A stretch of DNA of 61,742 bases, the filler included. It is 5 parts of 5 records of this genome, joined end to end, with 100 filler letters (N's around TTAATTAATTAA, not from the genome) between each part and the next. Parts side by side here need not be neighbours in the genome. Positions count along the whole stretch, not along the records: positions 30,978 to 50,732 come from DRR723986_5443; 4 more parts are not named here. One strand, 5' to 3'. Both the position numbers and the translations under genes were made by a program. Every line of letters begins with the position of its first letter. Position 1 is the first letter of the stretch. The notes under the pieces are model-generated. The model saw nothing but the letters and a program-made list of their open reading frames with translations, was not told the DNA's origin and searched no databases. Of the stretch, positions 38,127 to 46,790 are shown piece after piece.

Positions 38127-39701
38127 TTAAACTTGGCCGCCATTATTGTCATCATACAGACCGTCGTAGCGGCCAGGCGCAAGCACGTCATTGGGATCCA
38201 GCAGCCCGCGGAATTGTTTGAGCAAACTCACATCCGCAAGTGAATCCTGCGCAAATTCAGCGTACGACTGCAGGCCGGAACGGTAGGGGAAAAATTCAAA
38301 CTTGCGCAAAACTTCCGCCATTTTTTTGTGACACAACTCGGCACGCGCGGACTCCTCATCAGACGTTAGATCAAAACTAAGTGTTACGATCACATAAGCC
38401 AGGCGTTGATCCATGCACTGCACTGAAATGCCGGCTTCAAAAGCATGCGCCTGCGTCACCTGATTAACAAGATTACAGGCTTCGCGGACATCCGCGCCGC
38501 TGAACTCTGCCACCGCCGACATCTGGTAAATTCCACAGCGATCTGCATCTGGATCAAGTGTCTGTGCAGGCAGGTCATCTTGATTAACGGCACGGCAACG
38601 CCAATATGCATTCTGAATTCCGCTTTGGCCGGCATTGGAATAAAACACTGAGGGGCCGCAGATTTCACCAAATTCAAGCTTAACAAGCGAACCGAGGAGC
38701 GCTTCCAGTTGCTGCCGCTTAGCATTAACAATCTCGGGCGTAGCTCCGGCAACACCGGCCTCAACATACCAGTCCGGGATAGCCTTTGCACGCGCCATCT
38801 GCCGAGCTTCCAACACTGTCATGCCGCGCGCAGGATCAAATTCGGCAAATGGGAAGCGCTGCTCCAGGCTGAGAAGTCGCAAATTGTTAAACAGTGAAAC
38901 TTGCGTATCCAGCAGGTCATCACGGCGCGCTTCCTGCAATTTATCCACCAGGACTTCTAATCTGCGGTCGTCGGATACAACAATGCGCAGATGCTGCCAA
39001 TTCGCTGGGCGTCGCGGCAACCACAGTGTTAACTCCGTCACGATACCCAAATTAGATTGCGAAAAAACGGAATCAAATGCGGGGCCAAGACCGAGCCTGT
39101 GAACACGCCGACCGCGACCACGTGCGCCGGTTTGTAAGACTTGTGCATTCGGCAGTACAACCTGCATGGCACAGACATTGTTAACACGATCGGGAGCCGG
39201 CCCCTGACCGAAACCACGTTCGAGTACGTTCCCAATAATGGACGCCTGCGCCGTACTGCCGGGCGCCTGGACCAGAAGTCTGGAGTCTTTGTCCTTTAAA
39301 AATTGCGCCAGCTGTGCGAAGGTCACACCGGCTCCCAGCGTGACGTAACCGAGAGCCTCATTAAAATCACTAATCTGATTTAAATTCACGAGGTCGAGTG
39401 CTACAGCATCCGTGGGTGGAACCCGCGAACCATATCCCCAGTTTTTGCCGCCACTGATTGGGTACAGCTTTTGATTGTATTGATTGGCAATACGCACACA
39501 CTCGCGTACCTGCCGGCCGTCAGCTGGACGCAAAACAGCGGATACCTGCTGTGTTGTTTTAAACGTCGCCTGTGCAAATTGCGCTAACTCAGCCTGACCT
39601 GAAGTGGCATCGACTACATTGGACCTTCCCAGCAGCAGGCGCCAATGTTTTAGCGCCTGCTGCAGATTGGAGCCGCCGGCATCTACATGTTTAGTGTCCA
39701 A
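38127..39701 (-). CDS. FAD-linked oxidoreductase, p-cresol methylhydroxylase/vanillyl-alcohol oxidase family
   Basis: YPISGGKNWGYGS, SIIGNVLERG.G, FSQSNLGIVT.LTLWL, PYR, LDPNDVLAPGRY. The likely start is TTG 39701, overlapping the upstream stop. Confidence 0.88.
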   Translation of the reverse strand: MDTKHVDAGGSNLQQALKHWRLLLGRSNVVDATSGQAELAQFAQATFKTTQQVSAVLRPADGRQVRECVRIANQYNQKLYPISGGKNWGYGSRVPPTDAVALDLVNLNQISDFNEALGYVTLGAGVTFAQLAQFLKDKDSRLLVQAPGSTAQASIIGNVLERGFGQGPAPDRVNNVCAMQVVLPNAQVLQTGARGRGRRVHRLGLGPAFDSVFSQSNLGIVTELTLWLPRRPANWQHLRIVVSDDRRLEVLVDKLQEARRDDLLDTQVSLFNNLRLLSLEQRFPFAEFDPARGMTVLEARQMARAKAIPDWYVEAGVAGATPEIVNAKRQQLEALLGSLVKLEFGEICGPSVFYSNAGQSGIQNAYWRCRAVNQDDLPAQTLDPDADRCGIYQMSAVAEFSGADVREACNLVNQVTQAHAFEAGISVQCMDQRLAYVIVTLSFDLTSDEESARAELCHKKMAEVLRKFEFFPYRSGLQSYAEFAQDSLADVSLLKQFRGLLDPNDVLAPGRYDGLYDDNNGGQV

Positions 39702-41115
39702 GTCCGGCCTTCTTACGACGCGCAGCGTTAAGTTTGGCTTGTGCAGCATCTTTTTCAGACTTGGCTTTGTTTTCCGCCGCGTCTTTGATATTGCCGGCAT
39801 TTGTTTTGGCTTTGGCGATTGCAGACTGCTTGGATGCCTGTGCAGCCACGACGCTCTGATGCGCTTGCTGCGTCTGCTGTTGCTGAGTTTGCAACGCACT
39901 ACTCTTGTCGGCTTTGGCATGTGCGTGCGCGGTGTTAACAGTTTGTACGGCCGCACTACGCGCATTCGTTTCGCGTTGCTGCGCAGCAAGTGTCTGCTCT
40001 TGCGCGGTTTGATTTGCAGATGCGATGTCACTAAGCGCTTTGCGCTGTGCACTGTGTTTGCGGGCGTAGGCCAAAGCCACTTCGGCTTCCTGCTCTTCGC
40101 CCTCAGTTAAGACACTGATTCCTCCGGGCTGGAAACCTTTGCCCAGCAAAGCCATTACAACCTTGTCGTTGCTGACGGGGTCATAACTGCACAGCGTCGC
40201 ATTCTCAGTCAGGGGGTTATCAACAAAGTAGACGGTTCCCTTGTTAAAGTCTATGTTAAGTACCGACTTGCGACCGTTAAGGCTTACAGGACATTCCACT
40301 TTTGGAGTTCCACCGTCAACGCTGATACTCATCAAAGCATTGTTAACATGGTCGAGCCAATACAGTCTTTTCTGCTGCATGTTAACACCGAATTCGACGG
40401 GGTTACGCGAATCTCCGCTAAAGGTGTGAATAATAGTCGCCGGCGGAATGTTCGCCATTGGATCGGCAGCATCAGCATCGTTGAGATTTGCCGCACGGCG
40501 CATCAGGGCTTTGCTGGTCGCAAAATACATTTCATAGGTGTCATCACCTGTAGCTACCGGATAGAAGCGGATATTGGCTACGTCTGGATAGTTAATCCCA
40601 ATATTACAAACGCTGCGAGGCGTACCGCCGCCGTTGGTAGACCCCATCATTACCAATCGTCCCTGGCTCCAGAAAAGTCGTTGTTTACTGGCTTCGGCAA
40701 AAATAGCCACCGAATCATAGCCCAGATCATAGAGCATCTTAACATTCTGTAACTGCTGACCGGCAATATAAATTGCCTGCTTTTTTCGGTCAATCCAGAT
40801 TGGACAGCGCGTTGCGGCATCACTTGTGATGGCTGCTGTCGGCGATGGGTTGTCTAACACAGCCTTAATCGCATTGCCGTCCTCGGGATTCCAGACAGTG
40901 ATTGAGCCATTCCACTCAAAGTAAATGGTCTGCAAACCACCCGCAATTTCATGCGAGAGGATGTAGGCGTGCTGAATCGCTGCCTGGCGGCCGGCCTCTG
41001 ATTGTGCCTGAACTTTGTTGGCCTGAGCCTGGGCCGCCCCAGTTATCTGATCGGCCATATTCTGCACGCGCGCCGAAAAGGCGGCTAACTGTTGTTGAGA
41101 ATCTTGCTGATTCAT
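39691..41115 (-). CDS. Hypothetical protein: Gln/Ala coiled-coil ends flanking a YWTD/LDLR-like beta-propeller
   Basis: Blades IYFEW, IYIAG, LFWSQ, MYFAT, LYWLD and VYFVD; Q/A/K-rich helices at both ends; RBS ATAGGA. Confidence 0.7.
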   Translation of the reverse strand: MNQQDSQQQLAAFSARVQNMADQITGAAQAQANKVQAQSEAGRQAAIQHAYILSHEIAGGLQTIYFEWNGSITVWNPEDGNAIKAVLDNPSPTAAITSDAATRCPIWIDRKKQAIYIAGQQLQNVKMLYDLGYDSVAIFAEASKQRLFWSQGRLVMMGSTNGGGTPRSVCNIGINYPDVANIRFYPVATGDDTYEMYFATSKALMRRAANLNDADAADPMANIPPATIIHTFSGDSRNPVEFGVNMQQKRLYWLDHVNNALMSISVDGGTPKVECPVSLNGRKSVLNIDFNKGTVYFVDNPLTENATLCSYDPVSNDKVVMALLGKGFQPGGISVLTEGEEQEAEVALAYARKHSAQRKALSDIASANQTAQEQTLAAQQRETNARSAAVQTVNTAHAHAKADKSSALQTQQQQTQQAHQSVVAAQASKQSAIAKAKTNAGNIKDAAENKAKSEKDAAQAKLNAARRKKAGLGH

Positions 41116-41166
41116 TGTATTCCTATCTGCTATTTTTTTTGTATTGGTATCAGTGTTGTGTCTCGA

Positions 41167-44100
41167 TCAGTACTTTGAAACGGCGTGCCATGCTGATTCA
41201 CCTGCGTGTTTAACTGCGTTGGCAGCTTTCTCGGCGGCTTCCTTGGCCTTTTCAGCCGCCTCCGCCAAGAGGTTTTTGATATCGCTCAGCACCTTCTCGG
41301 TTTCATGTTCAATTGCACTGACAGCCTTCTCGGCATCTCCAAGGACTGTTTTGGCAACGGCCTTGGCATCGTTGACAATGTCCTCGGCTTCCTGCTCTGC
41401 CTCTTTGCCTAGTTTCTCGACTTCGGCGGCAGCGGCTTCGACAGCCTGTTTGGTTGCAGCTTCAATATCGGAGACAACCTTAGCGGCGTCTTTGGCGATT
41501 TTCTCGGCTTCGGCAGCGGCTTCCGCGCCCACCTGATTAATCGTATTGTCGATCGCATCCACAGCTTCTTTGGCAGTGTTTTCGATGCCGGCGACTGTAG
41601 CTTCTGCGGCTTTGGCAACATCAGAAGCGGCCTGATCAATTTTTCCGACAGCGGCTTTACCGACTGAGGCAATCTCTTTAGCCGTTGCCTTGGCCGCCTG
41701 CACCGTTGCTTTAGCAGCAACTTCCGTATCGGCTGCCAGCTTCTTGGCTGCCGCCTCAGCGTCTTTGCCAATCTTTTCGGCTTCCTGCTTGGCGGCCGCC
41801 AGAATTGCACCGGCGTCTTTTAACAAGTCAGCGAAAATCGATGCCGCGTCCTTTTCAAGCTCTTTCAGGATCGCTTCGCCCAGCTTGCTGATATCGTCAA
41901 TGTCAATCTCAACTTTTGGCAGGGAAAGCGAGAGTCCCTCAAACTCAAAGTCACCCTGGACTTCAATCTTGGACTTCAATCCGGCAATGGTGATATCCAG
42001 GTCCGCATCCATCGAAATGTCAAGATCCAGGCTGCCCAGATGTACACCAAGAACGTCCGGCAAATCAATCGAACCTTTGATGCCAATCGCAAAGCTCGCA
42101 GATGCCGAGAAATCAGTCACCGAGTGCCAGGTGCACGCCAGATTCATTGAGGCGATGTCTGCCGCCGAAAATGCAAGCACAAAGCTGAAGGAATCATCAC
42201 CGATTGTCACGTCGATGTCTGCGCCGACCATCTTCAGAATTTCAACATCAATTGAAACGTTAACATATGGCGCTTTAACAGTGCTGAACTCTACGATCGG
42301 CCCACCGGCTTTAATTTGCTGATAGGTACGCGTCCTGGGAGCCGTACCACCAATTTTTGCCGGAAAGTTGGTCGCCGTCACCCACTGACCATTTTGATGC
42401 ACCTGTTTAACTTGTTTGCCCTTGCCTTTGCCGCCAATCGAAACACCCGGCAAAGTGATAGGATCCATTTCAAATGTGCCCGTAAACCCGGTGCTCTCCC
42501 GAATGATCAAAGAGCCGTAGGCCGCAAAATTCACAATCTGAATTGTTCCCGCCAGGCCAAAGCCGGTATAAACCATCGTATTATCAGGCAGCAGCGTGTC
42601 CAACTCCGCCCAATAGAAGAGCAGATCGGAAATTGATATGGACTTCAACACCGATGACAGCGGTACGTTTGTATTCAGGCATGCCGCGATAATTGTTTCC
42701 AGCGACACTTCCTGGAAGTGAACGTAAAGCAATTCCGGGTTAGGAATCTCCGAATCCAGCGCCACAACAAAGGCAAACTTATCAGAGCCTTTAGCGGCCT
42801 GCCCCACGTGAAACTCACCTTCCAGGCCCAGGTCTACTTCCGGCGGCTCAAACAAGGCCCCCATCGTTATTCCAATTTCATCCAGCCAAATTCCGGGCAA
42901 TCCTGCCGGTATCAATCCCGGCGCGCCATTTTCGCTGCTGGTTGGCTGCATGTCAGAAATTTCAAAAGTGACATTGGCTTCGGTGTCGCTGATTATCACA
43001 TGCCCGGTGGCGTCTATATTGGAATTGCTGAACGACAAAACCACACTTCCCGAGAGCTCAACCATTATGAGGCCGATTCCAACGCCCAGGCGCAATGTGA
43101 CATCGTTGAGCGCCACCTGATTGTTATTGCTGCCTTTGATGCTTGCGCCGCCGGACAGCTCAGCCAGGAGATATGCGGTTTTGTTAACAAGGTCAAACTC
43201 AGCTGCCAGAACAACGGACTCCTCGCCAATCATTCCCGCCAGATGTGTAATCTGCTGCTGTCCTCGACTGGAGCCCCGCACGTCAAAGTCCAGGCCCAGG
43301 TTAAATCCTTCAACCAGGGGCATGCCCGTGCCATTTAGAAATGCAAACTGCGTTGCGTCAATTCCCTGAATGTCTTTGAGGCTAAAGTTTTGAGAAGTGA
43401 ATGACGAGACTACGATGCCTGCGGACTCAAATTCAACGAAATCAAACCCCTTGAGCAGATGCCCCACCGCACCGGGAATGTCCGAGAGTTTCCAGTGCGC
43501 CGGCAAGGCATAACCAATCATCACCTGCCAGTCGGGATACACTTGCTGTCCAATCACTTTGGACGCAAACAGGAAGGCCTCTCCAAAACTGTTGGATTGT
43601 GCTGAAAGTGTTAAAGTCTCCGAGCTGATATCGTAATCGAGTTCGACTGACTTAAAGCTCAGGTCCAGCCCGGACGGCAGCGTCCAGTCGGGTGCAATCC
43701 CCAATGCCTGGAGCATTTCATTCAAGTCAACTGACTTGCCGGCAGCGCCCTTCCACGAGGCCTTCACCGAACTGACTTTATCAGCCAGCGCGTACGTGAC
43801 GTCAAATTCGCCAGGTCCGATTTGCATCGATCCCGTCAAACATCCGCTCAGGCTGCGCTCGCCAGTTGTAGGATCTTTGCTGGACTTCAGCTCGGCGCTG
43901 GTATCAATCGAGTGCACAAAGTTTGCCAGCGGCACCTGCCCGGCCACCTGCGTCTCGCCACTAAAAGAGAAGTTTTTTGTTTGAGTGTTAAATGAACTGT
44001 TAACACTCTTGAGCACAATCTGCGGAACAGACATTGGAGCAGAGATTCCCAGTTTTTGCAACAGGGCTTCAACAAAACTGGATAAATCAATACTCGAATT

Positions 44101-45573
44101 TGCTGCCGTACCGCCACTAAAGGTCCAGCCGGCAGCCGCTGAAGGATAGGATGCCTCAATCTCAATCTGGGCATCACCAATCTGCAGGCAGCTCTTAACA
44201 TCGGCGTTAACGGCATTTGCCTGGCGCGCGATAGTAATATTTAGCGGCTTAATTGCCAGATTAACTTCTTCAAGCACCGTCCAGGCGCCATCCAGTTCAG
44301 CGCTGATGTTGAAGTCGCCGGAATCGGGATCCACCGTGAATGCAAAACTTGTGATTTCCAGCTCGGGCAGTCCATGCAAACCGCCGCCCAGAAAATACTC
44401 AAACACCTGGGTTAAGTTAATCGAGCTGTTGCCGCTCAGGCTTCCGTTAACCTTAAAACCAGGGTAATCACCTTCAATGCTGAACTCAGCGCCGGCCATA
44501 TCAAGATCAGCGTTAACAGTCGCAGCTGTATGACGCGCTCCCAAAGGATCGGTCACATCAAATGTTAAAACAATCGATTCGGCCTTAAGGCGGTTGTTCG
44601 AATGCGGTATTGTGGCCAAAGTCCACGGCCGCGCGCTGCTGGCACTAATGTGCGCCGACTTAAGTTTAGTAGCAGAGTCCGTAGCAATCACAAATTCAAG
44701 ATCGCTGAGCTTGATCAAGTTCTCCAGATGCAAGGTTCCAGGCACCAGTCTGTTCAGATCTGCCCCGTTGGCAAAGTCACTCAGGGATGACAGACTGGTT
44801 TTCATAACGCTGTTAACATTGGCTTTGAGCGTTAACTCGGAAGCATCTGACTCATAGTCCGCGCTGAGTGGAATCGTGATTTTGCGGAATTCCAGACTCG
44901 AAGAAAACAGCATACTCACAGCTACATGCGCAGACCTGTCTCCCGCCGCCAGCACAGCACTGGTGTTTATAGAGAACTTGGTGGCTCCAAGCTCAAGTTT
45001 GCCAATCCCTACGCCCTTCGGCACCGTCACACTCAGTGACGGCAGCGTCAGATCATCTTGGCGGATTATCGCGCCGCCCAGCTGGATTGTTGAAGGGCTG
45101 TGCAGTAGCCACGCACTACCACCAAGCAACTTCTGGGCATTCACGGTAGCAGTGAAGTTAAAACCTTTTTTCTGGGTATCCGATACGTCGTAGGAGTTTA
45201 AGTGCAGCTCAGCGCTTCCCTCAAATGCCAACTCATCCAGCACGGTGCCGTTTAACTCTGGAAACGCAGTTGCCAGGCTCCAGTCGGCAGACGCACTGGC
45301 CGTCAACACCCCGCGCACTTTGCCCTGGAAGACGTCCAGCACCAGTTTAACCGACATATTCTTAAACGGTGCCTCGGCTCCAGACGCCGCAATCGTGATG
45401 GAGTCATCGGCTGCATCGTTTTTCGTGACATCGCTTAGCGTCAAGCTAGCATTTGGTAAAAATTCCTTTACCAGGTTCGCCCAGGTGCCGGAACCCAGCT
45501 GCGCAGCCGAAAGTGTGAGTGTAGTTCCGCTTAACGACTTGTTAACCAGATCCACCAGTTGAGTGAAATTCAT
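41167..45573 (-). CDS. 1468-aa hypothetical protein: long amphipathic beta-strand body plus A/K/E-rich 11-mer helical tail
   Basis: Uninterrupted ORF with no signal peptide or CTD; about 1240 aa of alternating beta-strands and about 215 aa of apolipoprotein/LEA-like tail. Confidence 0.8.
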   Translation of the reverse strand: MNFTQLVDLVNKSLSGTTLTLSAAQLGSGTWANLVKEFLPNASLTLSDVTKNDAADDSITIAASGAEAPFKNMSVKLVLDVFQGKVRGVLTASASADWSLATAFPELNGTVLDELAFEGSAELHLNSYDVSDTQKKGFNFTATVNAQKLLGGSAWLLHSPSTIQLGGAIIRQDDLTLPSLSVTVPKGVGIGKLELGATKFSINTSAVLAAGDRSAHVAVSMLFSSSLEFRKITIPLSADYESDASELTLKANVNSVMKTSLSSLSDFANGADLNRLVPGTLHLENLIKLSDLEFVIATDSATKLKSAHISASSARPWTLATIPHSNNRLKAESIVLTFDVTDPLGARHTAATVNADLDMAGAEFSIEGDYPGFKVNGSLSGNSSINLTQVFEYFLGGGLHGLPELEITSFAFTVDPDSGDFNISAELDGAWTVLEEVNLAIKPLNITIARQANAVNADVKSCLQIGDAQIEIEASYPSAAAGWTFSGGTAANSSIDLSSFVEALLQKLGISAPMSVPQIVLKSVNSSFNTQTKNFSFSGETQVAGQVPLANFVHSIDTSAELKSSKDPTTGERSLSGCLTGSMQIGPGEFDVTYALADKVSSVKASWKGAAGKSVDLNEMLQALGIAPDWTLPSGLDLSFKSVELDYDISSETLTLSAQSNSFGEAFLFASKVIGQQVYPDWQVMIGYALPAHWKLSDIPGAVGHLLKGFDFVEFESAGIVVSSFTSQNFSLKDIQGIDATQFAFLNGTGMPLVEGFNLGLDFDVRGSSRGQQQITHLAGMIGEESVVLAAEFDLVNKTAYLLAELSGGASIKGSNNNQVALNDVTLRLGVGIGLIMVELSGSVVLSFSNSNIDATGHVIISDTEANVTFEISDMQPTSSENGAPGLIPAGLPGIWLDEIGITMGALFEPPEVDLGLEGEFHVGQAAKGSDKFAFVVALDSEIPNPELLYVHFQEVSLETIIAACLNTNVPLSSVLKSISISDLLFYWAELDTLLPDNTMVYTGFGLAGTIQIVNFAAYGSLIIRESTGFTGTFEMDPITLPGVSIGGKGKGKQVKQVHQNGQWVTATNFPAKIGGTAPRTRTYQQIKAGGPIVEFSTVKAPYVNVSIDVEILKMVGADIDVTIGDDSFSFVLAFSAADIASMNLACTWHSVTDFSASASFAIGIKGSIDLPDVLGVHLGSLDLDISMDADLDITIAGLKSKIEVQGDFEFEGLSLSLPKVEIDIDDISKLGEAILKELEKDAASIFADLLKDAGAILAAAKQEAEKIGKDAEAAAKKLAADTEVAAKATVQAAKATAKEIASVGKAAVGKIDQAASDVAKAAEATVAGIENTAKEAVDAIDNTINQVGAEAAAEAEKIAKDAAKVVSDIEAATKQAVEAAAAEVEKLGKEAEQEAEDIVNDAKAVAKTVLGDAEKAVSAIEHETEKVLSDIKNLLAEAAEKAKEAAEKAANAVKHAGESAWHAVSKY

Positions 45574-46790
45574 GCCCTGCCGCTCGTTCGATTATGTTAA
45601 TAGTTTGTTAATCAGCTCCCCTGGCAAACTTATCCCTCTCGCTACCGTTTCGGAGTTTCCAGTCTGTTACGTGCACGTGTAACAATTTCTGCTGGCAGAG
45701 CGATTGGCAAGGTCACAGGAAGTCAGGTGTCAATGATTTGATGTGTGGTCTAAACCGGAAATCTTATCGGGAAGGTGCGTCACATCCGCCGTGAATCACA
45801 GGCACCTCTTAACCGGTTTTCGGCCTGCCTTGCGGAGTGAAGTTTTGAAGATTTCGGTTCGTAAGGCTGCCCGGCTCAAATATACGCAGGATTTGCACGG
45901 ATGCAAACGTCAGCGGGCCCGCAGCTCGCATGCACATTGGATTTGGTGCAGGAAATTTATGCGCGGCTCGAAATCACCGGACTGCGGCAGCGCCTTCTGC
46001 TCAATTTCTGGCTGACGGCGAAGACGGCGGCAAGCACCTTTTTCGCTGATTTGACAACGGTGTTGATTTGGTTTCTCTGCGGCCGAAACTGCGTAAATAT
46101 CAATTCCGGGACGGTCAATTTTTGTGACTTGCCTGTGAAGAATATTCAGTGTAGATTGAACGGAATATGGCCCAGAAAATCTGGGCCCCTCCCCCGCCAT
46201 CACACCAACCAACCCCAGATCCACTAACCTACGGACACAACTCTCCTACCCCAACTCTCTCAGGTTTTTTTCAAACACAATTGTTAATCTCTCACCCGCA
46301 GCTGCCGCCGCAAGTTCTCCAATCTCCAGGCCCGCACGCCATCGCTACACTCCGGTCGCACAGCCCCTTCCCAGGCGCCTACTATTACAACATGCACACA
46401 CCAGCAAACTCTGGCAAACGCAAAAACGCCAACGGACGGCTTTAGCGTACAAACGGACGGCATTCCGTGCTTTAACGGTCAAATTCCACTCAAGAACGTA
46501 CAGGTCATTCGCAGCACGCACTCTAAACTTCAACACATTCAACTCCTTCCAGAGCACCCTCACCTGCGGTGGTGTTTTTAAGGCCGTCTTGTTTGTCACC
46601 CAGCCACAATGCAGAATCAATTGAGTCCGCCACACAGAATAAAAGACAAAAAAAATGCGGGCCTGCCACAATCGACAAACCCGCATAACCTACTAACAAG
46701 AAAACTCTTAAAAGCGCCGGAAAAGGCAGCCGCAGACGGCAAGCGCCCGGCCACACTAACGTTCCCAGCTGCAAAACCCAGGCCATGCCA

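Noticed and set aside
39702-40052. Basic N-terminal extension of the 641-aa flavoprotein ORF (apparent long gene overlap)
   Set aside because: Alternative-frame read-through of the low-complexity Ala/Gln tail of the upstream gene; family homology begins near 39700.
41014-41055. DQIT-x8-KV in the 474-aa protein, reminiscent of RebB (R-body) N-termini
   Set aside because: Only six matching residues in low-complexity Q/A sequence; the rest of the RebB pattern (APA.AM..LY) is absent.
45700-45790. GGTCTAAACC, resembling c-di-GMP-I riboswitch P2
   Set aside because: Wrong strand for the downstream operon, and no GGCAAA-GAAA-GCAAA P1 elements.
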